Shown here: positions 37,950 through 50,164 of the stretch, one piece after another | Position numbering within the stretch: position 1 is the first letter of the stretch | How the letters are laid out: each line of letters opens with the position of its first letter | Source of the DNA: Octopus sinensis | Lineage: Eukaryota | Direction of reading: 5' to 3' | Assembly: GCF_006345805.1 (NCBI RefSeq) | Contig: NC_043006.1 | Location: 93,062,001 to 93,126,000 of the forward strand | DNA: 64,000 nucleotides | Notes under the pieces: generated by a model | Database searches by the model: none | What the model saw: only the letters and a program-made list of their open reading frames with translations | What the model was told of the DNA's origin: nothing | Translations under genes and position numbers: made by a program

Positions 37950-38330
37950 GCATGATCAAGGCTGGATATCAACAACAGCAATGGTTTTTATGCTTCCATG
38001 ATTTTTATAGTGAAACAACTAATGGCATCAATGAATATTCTGCATTCTGAATTCCTATTTACCAAAGCAAGGAAGAACTAAAATTACAAGCAATGCGTCT
38101 AGAAATATCACCTGGATGGATCTAAATATATAAAAACGATGTTGAGAAAATGCCAAAATTTGACTTACAAATATCATTTCATTTACTGAAATGTTAGAGA
38201 TTTTTGTAGATTTGACATAAGAAAATAATCAGTTGCTCCCTATTTTTAGAAATGTGTATTTTAGTGGTAATTGGGAATAATGTTCAAAGATGATAGCTGA
38301 TGAAACTTCCAAGTACATTTTAATGCACAA
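37950..38330 (+). pseudogene. possible very old Gypsy-type integrase remnant
   Basis: Across frameshifts and stops it reads ILHS...ASRNITWMDLNI..KTMLRKCQ and ILVVI, loosely like the HHCC region LH..H....ARxYVWWP.I..DIE..V..C..C. Weak similarity. Confidence 0.25.
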
Positions 38331-40204
38331 GTGATAGAAGTAAATTTAACATTCACCGATATCAAAAATGGCTCTTGTGCTATAGTTATGTGGGTGTCAT
38401 TTTCAATAATATTGATAGGAAATCATTTCGGTTTTTAGCTACTGAAGAAAATGTCAGAAATAACTAACTGTGAATCTAATCTTAGCCATCATGTGCACTC
38501 ACTTGAATTAAATGCTGAAGAAATAATGTATTAGCGAGCAAGGAAGGTTTCGATAGGGTGAAGCATTTTTGGCATCTTGTGACCGAGAACACTTTCCTGG
38601 ACAATAGGTCATTTATTAAATTTCTCAATCTACCACGTATCATTTCCTATCATCGTAGTTACATTTCTGACGAATCAACATATACTAAATCATAGTCACA
38701 TATACATTCTAATACACAGACGTTTGATAAGTGACTCGAATAACGAGTTTATTTAAATTCGTTTTTCATATATCCTTGGGTCATTAGGAGGAACATATAG
38801 TTACAAAGAAAATTGATATGGCTAGCCAGAATAACAAATCATCTAGCGAATACCATGTACATTTTGTGAGTTATAAGAGAATAATCTTTGCTCATTTAGT
38901 AATGATTCAATTTATAACGGTTTAGTTACACTGTTGACTTTGTTGTAAGAATGTTTGTGGCGGTCATGGAAATCCATCTGCATTCTCAAAACTAATAATT
39001 GCAGACAGACTTTTTTGTTTGAAATTTGGATATCACTGATGAAGTCATTAATAGTTACAAAATAGGAAATTTGTTAAATTCTGAAAAGCTAGACGTGAAT
39101 AATGAAAGGATAAATAATAGACAAAAATTGTTAACCAGCTTGATTAAGCATGGGTAGGTTGGTAAGAATTTCGTTTTGTTACGGAGTGTTTTTTGATTCG
39201 ATCCACTGCGGTTTTCTTAAATAGAATTTAGTTGACCAAAGGTTTGTAAGTTAAAGGTTTGTAGCAAATAGATTATTCTTTTTCTTTCCATTGTGCATCT
39301 TAAACTTCCCCCTCACAAGTCCTGGGTATTTTTGCAAGCTGTTGCATGCATTCATCTTACACTTCGTGTCTGAAAATAAAATTCTTTTCCCACTACCAGT
39401 TGCAGAGAGTATGCAAAGACTGTCGATACTCCTCTAAGCCATAAAAATTCTTTAATTATTTGTATGAATCTGCGATATTAATATTTCATTTCACAGTTAT
39501 TCACTAAATGATTCTTTGAGGATATTTAAATATCTGTTTATTTTTCCTCCTATACTCAGAGATATGTATCTCTAAAATATCATATTTCAAACCAGTAAAT
39601 TGATTGTTAGCAAATACTTGGCAGTATTTGTTGTGTTTTCTGCGCTTTCAGTTTAAATACCAGCTATATATTTTTCACCCTTCATCGTTTCGGTGTCGCA
39701 TAAAAATTACCAGTCCCTGGTGGACTAGCAGAATTGATATGGCGAAGGAAGGGATGTTATGGATCTGTGCATTCTAATTTGAAATACCTTCTAACCACTA
39801 CGAAAACAGTAACATTTACCTAATGACACAATAATATCAGTAAATTGAAAAATAAAAATGGAAAACTTCGTTTCCTTAGTGATTGGAGATCAATTACCAC
39901 AGCCACAATATATTGCTGAGTGGTTATTCAGTTATATCGAAATAAAGTGTAATAATTCTATTATAATTGGATCTTACTTCAATGCGTATCCTTTTACTGG
40001 TCACAGGTATCCAACTTTATAATATAGACCTAGGGAAACAGTTTCAATTGTTTGTAACGTGGATAAATTTAAATTTCTCTTATTCACTGAACATATATGT
40101 ACATTCTTTGTCATTTGTATGTTAACGAGTTTGTTTGCAATTTATTCGTAGAAGTCTATTTTTAGAATGCGCTTTTGCTGTATTTCGAGACCAGTTCAGT
40201 ATGA

Positions 40205-40242
<38 letters not shown>

Positions 40243-40322
40243 GTTAATATCGCATTTCATGAAACTGTTTTTGGACTTGTTAATCGACAAGGGTCATTTT
40301 CATAGCATTTTTTCGATGGCCC

Positions 40323-40383
40323 GATAACTGAAGAGATGGCAGTGTGGGTTTCCGCCCCGACATCCGAAACTCGGAGTCTTATC
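40323..40383 (+). ncRNA. type I hammerhead ribozyme motif
   Basis: GATAA-CTGAAGA-GATG...CATC-C-GAAA-CTC-G-GAG-TC-TTATC; canonical GUC triplet; one unpaired C in stem II. Confidence 0.7.
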
Positions 40384-40481
40384 ATTGCTACCGAATAATT
40401 GTCACACATATTACAGATAAATTCCTCTATTTACGTAATATCGAGTTCTCTTCCATTCATTTGTTGTCTTGCCATTTCTAT

Positions 40482-40522
<41 letters not shown>

Positions 40523-40527
<5 letters not shown>

Positions 40528-40706
40528 GGGAAATAGTTAGGAGAGCAATTCCGTATAAAAATAGCAGGGTTGGTTGCCAACTATGCTCCATGGAGACGTA
40601 TGAAATTCTAAAGCATAGAAAACATAGAAACTTATTGAATAACCATATCGAACTAGGTCAAGTTTGTGTCCACGCTAAATTGAAGACTTTAAAATATTTT
40701 AAATGA
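40523..40706 (+). pseudogene. PLE GIY-YIG endonuclease C-terminal fragment
   Basis: WEIVRRAIPY...CQLCSMETYEI...LLN..IE...VCVH parallels WEIICKTKSY...CYLCSNEFKEI...LLN..EE...KCRH at 26320-26465. Confidence 0.8.
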
Positions 40707-42295
40707 TTAGAATATTCGTAACTAGATAGATAGATAGATATAACTTGATTTTTACTAGTATAGCACTGCTTTAAGTAGATAACTAAGAGTTCTCACACTA
40801 CAGTTATCTTTTTCCTTATATCTGCATCAGTTTTTTGAGAACAGGGAAATGAATAGTACTTATACGCTGCTTAATTGAGGCTTTATTTAATTTCAAACTC
40901 ATAATTTTAAATCTTAATTTTAAATCTTAATTTTAATTTTTAATTTTAATTCTTAACTTAATCTAATTTAAGTAGCATAACTTTAATAAAATAAAATGAG
41001 TTACTAAAGCCCCATAATTCTATTTCAAAATTAAATAAATAAGGCTACTCCCTCGGTGATAATATGATTATCTTCATTATGATAGACAATTCCCTAACAC
41101 CTTGTAAATGATCTTCTAAGATTTGACCTGTAGTCCGTCAATGTATGAATAATAACGGCAACTCCTAAAGACAGTAAAATGAATAAATTAAATTAATAAA
41201 TTTTAATGGCTTTTTGATAAGATTATACTTAGATTTTCCTAATGTATTTTCTTTTGATTTTAGCCTTTGACCCCTAAACCCCTGACCGTGTTATCTCTTT
41301 AGATTCTCTTTAAATTCATAGCTGCTTTCAACAGCAATAAATTAGCTGTTTTACTGGTCAAAGAATAATATTCTCCTCTAGTTCCTAGATGCCTGTAAAT
41401 TAAAACCAGACTTGCCGTCTACTAATTCTTCTGTATAACTAGAACCCTCTTTTTTTCTTTTTCTTTTTTTCCCTTCTTTCCCTATTGCTTTCTCTTTTCT
41501 CTTTTTTCTTTTTCTTCTTCTTATTCCCTTTTTCTTTTTTCTTTTTCCTTTTCTCTTCTCTTTTAGTCCCCCCCCTTTTGCTCCCTCCTCCTTTATTTTC
41601 TCTCTTTTCTTCTCTTTCCTTCCCTTTTCTGTTCTTTGCCTCTCTAGAAAGCCCTTCAGCCTTTAAAAGTTAAATAGCTACAGTCTCTTGAAAATAGCAG
41701 TAATGTGATTAATGTGGCAAATACCTAATCATATAGCAAGAATTGATACCTACCTCATTGTGTTCAACCATTGATAAATTTATCGCCTGTGAATATGAAA
41801 TTCCTCTTCATTTCTCTGGAAATTTACATCTACACCATTGGAAATTGTGCATCTATACAAAGTTTTAATTCACCCTCTCTGTAATGCTAATAAGCAGGAA
41901 TTGAGACCCACCTCGTTGTGATTAGCAATGGATAAATTTGTCGTCTGTGAGTATGTAATCCCTCCTCATATCTCTGGAAATTCATATGTACACTATGGAT
42001 TAAGTCACCTTCTCTGTGATGCTATTAAAACGTTTTTAAAATTCTGTGATAAGACTGTACATCATCTTTAAAGAACTTTAATGAACTTTGGAAATCTGTT
42101 TATGTTACTTAATTATCTACATTACTTCATGAGTATAGCCTCAACCACTAGGATGTCTAGAGAACTCACATGTATTTTAGCTGATGAGTACGGGACACGT
42201 TTATATGCTGCAATATTTGCAACTTTTAATAAAGCCTGTCCTTGTATGAAACGATTGTACTAAATACCTATCCATTCTTGTTGTTTCTTTCTCGC

Positions 42296-42329
<34 letters not shown>

Positions 42330-43959
42330 GAGTTAGTTAGACAAAGGAAAGAAAGTGCATTCACCACATCTAGATGGAGTTAAATGCATTATTTAAAACA
42401 TTGTTTCGGTTACAAGCGACTTAAAGTTTCGCAAACCTCTTACAGAAGTTCGTGCCTTTCGGGCTTTGGATTGCCGAATTTCGATTCGGCAATCGAAAGC
42501 CTGAACTAGATCAATTTTAATAACCACCAGAATTCACCACTTATTTTGTAACAAAAAATGTTAGTTTTAACTAATGTTTATTTCGGTGTGCAGGATATAA
42601 TAGAACGGGGAGTCCTGAAGTGATATAAGAAAATGATGACAAATGCGAGGCTAAATATCAACATATAGAACTATTTTTAAACATTTGCCTGATGATCTAC
42701 CAAGTATGCGAACCAGGTTATACAGAAATAAATGTAACATAAGTTTACTGACAATGTTAACATCAAGGACCTCATCGACGCGTGTGTGTTATCATATATG
42801 AGATATTAAAAAACAACGCGGTTTTAATTCAGGACTATAAGCGATATCAAATAATGATTACAATGCGATATATTGTTTTTCGATCAGCATTTACAAGACG
42901 TTATCATCATCTCTGCAACTGATTACAGTTTATAATCGTTCTTACAACACAAGATTTTTATCCTTACTTGCAATTTCAATAATACTTTAACAAGATATTT
43001 CATTCTCTCAGTTTTCTTCCCCTTCTTTTGGAGAATTTTATATTCTCAATTTTATTTTTAAAAATACATTTAATTTGTTTGCCAGTAAAATATAATTGAG
43101 AATCAAAACGATATATTACTACAGCGAAATAAACTCATCTATTATAAATTTATCTTTACGGAAGCCAGAGAAATTGTTATATTTGAATATTCCAAAGGTT
43201 GCTTTATTTGATCTCAGCGAGAAATGTTTAAACAAAGGATGAAGTTGCAACATTCTGGTTTAATATTAAGAATATTTTAGATTAAAGATTAAATTATCAT
43301 AGACGCCGAGTTGAAAAACAATAACGTAGTCAATTATGTTTAGATGAAATATTTGATACAGTAATCTTCAAGTTGCACAAAAAAAAGTGTTTCTAATATG
43401 TATCCTTCAAGGAATATCATCTTCAGTGAAACGTATCGATTAAAGTTATCTCTAAGAAAATAATCTCAGTTTTATTTTTTAAAGTTAAATATTTGATTAT
43501 CGCTGAAACATTAATCTGTCTTCAATTATATTCATATTAAACGTAGAATATAAAGTCTGCTCGTTTGTAATAATGTTTTGCATTTACATTGAATATCAAT
43601 GCAACATATTCCTCACGGGTGAACTTAAATGTATTGACATGTAGTTTGATTGGCTTATCTAGATACAGCATCCGAGTTCTAAACGCATCGATGTTTGGAC
43701 AGTCATTGCTTACATTTTCCATATTTGCTGCAACTAATTTTCAGTATATTCCACAGAGAGCAATAAATTACATGTAATAGAATCATGTTTAATGAAATAA
43801 AGTTTTCTGTCCAACCAGGAGCTCTCAAAACTTTTCATTCGGCGAACACTTTAATAATCACCAGGCAGCGTGGGAGAACTCCATCTGAAATATATAACAA
43901 ATTATTGGCCACCATAGCACAGGAAATAGATTTGTTTTATTTGTTGCTAATTTAACTTA

Positions 43960-44105
43960 ATATAAATAGTTCAAACGCCGTCGCTGTCTTATTTTCATCC
44001 TTCTGGGATCGTTAAAATAGAATGCCAGTCCAATTTGGAGGTAGATATAATCAACTGTTCCTTCCGCTGGTAGTTCTGGTTTTGTGCCCTTTAAAGAGAT
44101 CAGTT
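43960..44105 (+). mobile_element. degenerate SINE body fragment
   Basis: Resembles the family A 3' part (TTTCATCCTTCTGGGATCG...TAATCAACT...TTGTGCC). Confidence 0.5.
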
Positions 44106-44479
44106 TATTTTCTGTTACACTTCTATTCAGATGGACGAGATTATATCTAACAAGAAACTCATTTCTAAACACAGCTTTCGAAAGAAAGACCACATGTTGA
44201 CAGCGTTCCACGAAGGACCTTTTTAATTATATAAAGTGAATGAAATCACCAACGTGCACTCCGCCCGTTTCTAAATACGCGATTTGCATTGCTTCAAATT
44301 TCCAGATCCTCTTTTTACAAACCTCGTCCAGCTGCAGACTTTCCCTTGGGTACCCCTGTGTAAAGAAAAATGTTTGTACTATGCACTTAACTTTATGACT
44401 AGAGAAATGACAACACAATGGTGTTATAGCAAACAGACAGAATATGTTGAAGGCGCCGAGCTGGCAGAAACGCCAGCTC

Positions 44480-45510
44480 GCTTCCGATGTTTTTCAGGGT
44501 GTGCGTGAGTCATTTTTGACGGTATTTTGACGTTTAGTTTTTGCATCAGTATTTTGAACACATCGTCAATTGCTTTTGTGCTGCTTTGCAGTGATTTCTT
44601 TTTTTTTTTTGTACTTTCTCTCTTCTTTTGAGAAGAGTTAGCTATGGCGAAAAAGAAGTCTACGTTTTTTTCCAGACCTTAAGGGGTCTGAACTGTCGAC
44701 GTCAGAAAAACTCGTACGAGCGGTGGAAGGAGTGGACGGTCAATTGAAGAAGAAAAGTTTTGCGGATGTTGCTAATAAGGAGGTGGATCTGTCAATGTTG
44801 AAAAGTTATGAGGAGATGGTACGCAGAGAAGGGGGCGACGTAAAGTTGTCGCCACCCTAGAAAGTAATAAAAGATATGCTAGAAAGGACTATTGTGTAGA
44901 AAGTATATTCTGTAGAAGATAAGAGAATTGAAATTGTATCAGCAGAGAAAATTGGAAAAGCTTCGAAGTCAATCTGGCAAGATATGTTATATATTGCCAG
45001 AGGAAGTTGATATGGAACAGAGGGAGTTCACTTTAAAAAGGCAGCAAAGGCAAAGCAATACTTGGCAACCCCGTTAAGGATGGAAATTATGGTCCTCCTG
45101 ATTACATACCTTGGAAGGAGAGCTTCCAGAGTTACGGGAGAGGGGATCCCACCCGAAATAGATATGGCTTGGGTAATGGCGGTTTTACTTCTAGGCAACG
45201 AAGAGGAAATAGACGTTCTCCAAGCCACGAAAACAGAAGCAACCAATTTGAAGGGACAAACGTTGGATATAATTATACAAAGTTCAATGGAAAACCTAGA
45301 AAAAATGATGGAAACAATAACTGTTGGAGATGCAGCGTTGAGAGTCAGGGTGAAGGGCAGAATCCCTCGATGTTTCAAATGTGGCCAAAAAGGGCACATT
45401 AGAGTGAACTGCCCTTCACCGACTGAGAAAAGTCAGAAAGAAATCAGGAAGGAACCAGAGAAAGTAGAGGAGGAGATACAAATAAATGAAGACGAATCAT
45501 GGAAAGCAAG
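44480..45510 (+). mobile_element. L1/Tx1-like LINE 5'UTR and decayed ORF1 (gag-like zinc knuckle), no ORF2
   Basis: ATG at 44644 followed by a stop-interrupted frame; VRVKGRIPRCFKCGQKGHIRVNCP with CCHC at 45371-45412. Confidence 0.6.
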
Positions 45511-48500
45511 CCAGCTCTGCTAGCGGCAAACGGGGCTCTGAGAGTCATCAAGTCCTCAACGGTGGAACAGGCGGATGAAGTTGCCTTAACAACTCAACGG
45601 CTGTGAAGGCGGACGAAGGCTGCAGCAGACCATTGACTCCAATCGTCTCGGTTTCCCTTGCCATTGGGTCAAGTTGGTGGTCTGTCAAGTTTACGTGTGC
45701 TTTACTGGGCATACGACCTCAAGCACACGTTAAAAAAATTCACGCACAGGCGTCTTCGCCACCACTCTTCTTATTCTTTCCAAATCTTTCGGCGATCGGC
45801 GATGGATGACGGGAGCAGGCTTGTGAAGGCTGGAGGCTCCTAGTGCAGAACCGGCACGGATGCGGTGGTTACATGATTCAGTCGCTCTATCTTTCGGAAG
45901 AAGCAGGGAAGATGTTCGGCAGCAGTATCCACGACTGAGCAGCCCTGTTTAGGATCCACTCTGCTCACCCTGAATTGGGAAGGGGCTAGGAAAGGTGTCC
46001 TAAACATAGTCTGCTTCACACCAATCTTGTCTGGAAAACCGCGCCCAGAGGGATCACCATCATGCGGTCGAAAATCAAGATCAAGATACGTAGCGCTGAA
46101 ATTCGGGACCTGGAATGTCAGGACTCTCATAGATAACACCAACTCAGACAGACCCGAAAGGTGAACTGCAATCATCTCCCGGGAACTCCAACGATTCAAT
46201 TTTGACATCGTAGCTCTCAGTGAAACCCGGAGAGCCGGAGAAGGCTGGCTGGGAGAAGAAGGCGGTCAATACACCTTTTTCTGGAAAGGTTACGATCCCG
46301 ACCATCAACGGATCCATTGTGTGGGTTTTGCAATACGAAACACCATCCAATCCAAACTGACAGAGCAGCCCATCGGAATGTCCGCACGACTCATGACCTT
46401 CCGAATCCAGTTTGTCAAAAGTCAGCACGCAACTATCATCAGCGCGTATGCTCCCATCCTTGACGCGGAGGATTTAATCAAGGAAAATTTTTACAGCCAG
46501 CTTGATAGCATACTTTCTACCGTCCCAAAGGACGACAAGATTATTCTCCTGGGAGATTTCAACGCCAGAGTTGGGAGAGATCGGGAACTCTGGACAGAAA
46601 CCATCGGAAAGGAAGGAGTGGGAAAAGTCAATGCCAATGGAACTCTGCTACTCACCAAATGTGCTGAACATAACCTGGTGATAACCAGCACCCTTTTTCG
46701 CCAGAAGAATCGATATAAGGTCTCATGGCAGCATCCAAGATCTAAAAAATGGCATCTCATCGACTATATCATTGTGAGATCTCGAGACCAGCAAGATGTG
46801 TTGCTCACCAGAGCAGATGAGTGCTGGACAGATCATCACCTCATCGCCTCCACCATGAAAATCAAACTCCGACCAAAAGTGAAATATCACAGCAAGGAAA
46901 GCAGAGTAAAGAAATTCAACATCGAAGCACTGCAAGACCCAAAAACTCGTGTCGCTTTCCAGCAGCGCCTACAGGTCAATCTTCAAAATAAGACTCCAAA
47001 TCATCTCGTCGAAGAAAATTGGAACCAGCTGAAAGAAACCATCATCACCGCTTGCGAAGAAACCATCGGTCGCAAGAAAAGGAAACACCAGGACTGGTTC
47101 GACGACAATGATGAAGCTCTCAAAGAACTGATCGACCAAAAACGGAAAGCTTTCATCAGCTCACAGAATGATCCAAAGTCTGCCACTAAACGAGAGTCTT
47201 TCAAGAAGTGCAAAGCCGCAGTTCAAAGGACAGCCCGTACCCTGAAGAACCAGTGAGGGAGACACAAATCTCGTGAAATCCAGCAGCTAGCAGATGTAAA
47301 CGACACCAGAGGGTTTTTCAAAGCCACGAAAGAAATATACGGACCTGCCACACATGGACAGGCTCCTCTGAAGAGTAAAGACGGAGCGACCATCCTGAAA
47401 AGCAACACTGAAATAGGAGACAGATGGAGAGAACACTTCGATGACCACCTTAATCACAAGGCTACCATCGACAAAAGCATACTTGACATGATTCCTAAAG
47501 AGGCCAAGGATTACTCTCTCGCTCGAATTCCATCCCTCGAAGAGGTCAAAATGGCTATCACAGCGATGAAGAACAACAAAGCCGCGGGTCCTGATGGAAT
47601 CCCAGCTGAGATCTACAAACTGGGAGGTGATTTTGTCCAACACCAGCTCCACCAACTCTTGGTCAAAATCTGGACAAATGAAGTTGTACCATCCGACTTC
47701 AGGGATGCTAACATCATTACCATTTACAAACGAAAAGGCGATCGTTCTGAGTGTGGAAATTACCGGGGTATTTCCTTATTAGCAACTGCTGGGAAGATTA
47801 TTGCACGCATCCTGAACAACCGCCTCAAAACGCTTTCAGAGAGGATCCTTCCTGAGACGCAGACCGGCTTTAGGCCATCACGAAGCACAACCGACATGAT
47901 CTTCACGCTGCGACAGCTACACGAAAAATGTCGTGAGCAACACCAACCGCTCTATTTGGCCTTTATCGACCTATCCAAAGTCCCTGATCGTGTCTCGCGA
48001 GAGCTCCTCTGTGATATTCTCGCCTAGTATGGATGCCCAGATAAGTTCATCCGGATCCTCAAACTCCTCCACGACAATATGCACGCCAGAGTCCAGACCG
48101 ACGGAGGCAGTTCTGAGCCCTTTAAAGTCACCTCCGGAGTGAAGCAAGGCTGGGTGATAGCGCCAATTCTCTTTACCATCTTTATCGCGACAGTGTTGCA
48201 CATCATACGAGATGACCTTCCACCTGGCATCGAGATCTCGTACAGAATGGACGGCAAGCTTTTCAACCTCGCTCGCCTCAAAAGTACGTCAAAGACAATG
48301 GTGCGAAGCTTGCTAGAGTTCCAATATGCCGACGACAACAGTGTAGCAGCTTACAGAGAGGATCACCTCCAACAGATCCTAAATGCTTTTCATCATGCAT
48401 ATACTAAACTTGGACTGAGCATCAACATCAAGAAGACTCACTTACTCTATCAACCTCCTCCCAATGCCTGTGTTGACAACCCGCCATCGATTCAACTCAA

Positions 48501-49325
48501 AGGAATTCCACTGGAAAATGTGAACCATTTCTGCTACCTTGGAAGCCATCTGTCAGCAAAGGTAGACCTCAGCGATGGAATCCAACACCGTCTGAGGTGT
48601 GCAGGAACAGCTTTTGGCAAGCTTCGAACAAGAGATTTTGCTGATCGGGACATCCGAACCGAAACCAAACTCATGGTGTACAGAGTAGTCATTATTCCAA
48701 CCCTCCTTTACGCATCCGAAAACTGGACCCCGTATAATCACCACCCGAAAACGCTCGAGAAATTTCACCAACGCTGTCTTCGGAAGATCCTTAACAACAG
48801 CTGGGAAGACAGAAGAACAAACGTCAGCGTGCTACAAGAAGCAAAAATGGCCAGCATCGAAGCCTATGTCATCAAAGGCCAACTAAGATGGAGCGGCCAC
48901 GTGGTTAGAATGACTGACGAACGACTTCCCAAACAGATCTTCTACCCTCAACTCAAAGACGGCAAGCGTCCAAAAGGAGGCCAGAAGAAACGTTACAAGG
49001 ACTCCCTGAAAACGAACCTCAAAACGTGTGACATTGACTTCACTAACTGGGAGGAAACGGCAAAAAAGAGACCACTCTGGAAAACCACCATCCATGAGGG
49101 AACGGCGACTTTCGAGTCGAAAAGGTCTGCAGAGCTGGAGGAGAAAAGACGACGAGGGAAGGAGCGCCAACAACAACCACGTACGACTCTCCCTTCCGGC
49201 ACTAGATGTCCGCACTGCGACCGATCTTTTCAAGCAAGAATTGGTCTTATCGGTCACCTACGGACTCACCAGTAAATTTGTTCGAAGACCATCATCCTCG
49301 ACCTTGAGGGATTGCCATCATCATC
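45510..49325 (+). mobile_element. near-full-length RTE-clade LINE (APE + RT + C2H2), disabled
   Basis: GTWNVRTL, GDFNARVG, HLIDY, YRGISLL, GVKQG, YADD (48325-48336), CPHCDRSFQARIGLIGHLRTHQ*, (CAT)n tail. In-frame stops at ~46161, 47254 and 48025. Confidence 0.95.
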
Positions 49326-49326
49326 A

Positions 49327-49830
49327 CCGTAACGTTCTGAGTTCAAATTCCGCCGAGGTCGACTTTGCCTTTCACCATTTCGGGGTTGATTAAATAAGTA
49401 CCAGTTACGCACTGGGTCGATGTTTAATCCGCTTATCTGTCCTTGTTTGTCTCCTCTGTGTTTATCCCCTTGTGGGTAGTAAAAAAATAGGTATTTGGTC
49501 TGCCGCTACGTTTTGAGTTCAAATTCCGCCGAGGTCGACTTTGCCTTTCATCCTTTCAGGGTCGATGAAATAAGTTCCAGTTACCCTACTGGGGTCGATA
49601 TAATCAACTTAATCCGTTTGTCTGTCCTTGTTTGTCTCCTCTGTATTTAGCCCCTTGTGGGTAGTAAAGAAATAGGTATTTCGTCTGTCTTTACGTTCTG
49701 AGTTCAAATTCCACAGCGCTCGACTTTGCCTTTCATCATTTCGGGGTCCATAAATTAAGTGCTAGTTGCATAATCGACTGGTCCCCTCCCTCAAAAATTC
49801 GGGCGTTGTGCCTACAGTAGAAAAGAATAT
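49327..49830 (+). mobile_element. SINE family A trimer (three headless bodies in tandem)
   Basis: GTTC/TTGAGTTCAAATTCC occurs at ~49333, ~49510 and ~49696. Confidence 0.85.
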
Positions 49831-49932
49831 GTTCAAACGTTAAAAATTATTACACAATGTTATTAGAAGCCATGATGAACTTTTGATCTCCACATATGCT
49901 TTCAACAGAATTTCAGTAACATAAATCATATA

Positions 49933-50155
49933 GAGTAATCCCCTGTCTATCGTGGCGGTTACGATCCAAAACCCACCGCGAAGGGTGAAAATTCGCGAAC
50001 TAGAAACAGTATTGTACTACATATTTTTTTTAATTATTTTTATAAATTGTAAATATTTACTTTATTATAAATGCAAAACAACACCACAAAGGAATCTACG
50101 TAAGCTTAAATAATAAACCGTGATAGGTGAACCACGATATTGCGAGGGGTTACTG
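49933..50155. mobile_element. pogo/Tigger-type MITE
   Basis: TIRs GAGTAATCCCC / GGGGTTACTG with TA flanks; a second copy lies at 53956-54185. Confidence 0.8.
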
Positions 50156-50164
50156 TAAATATTT

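Noticed and set aside
41040-41150. Minus-strand YI(D/G)..T...H resembling a GIY-YIG motif
   Set aside because: Needs frameshifts, has stops, and the similarity is too short to support.
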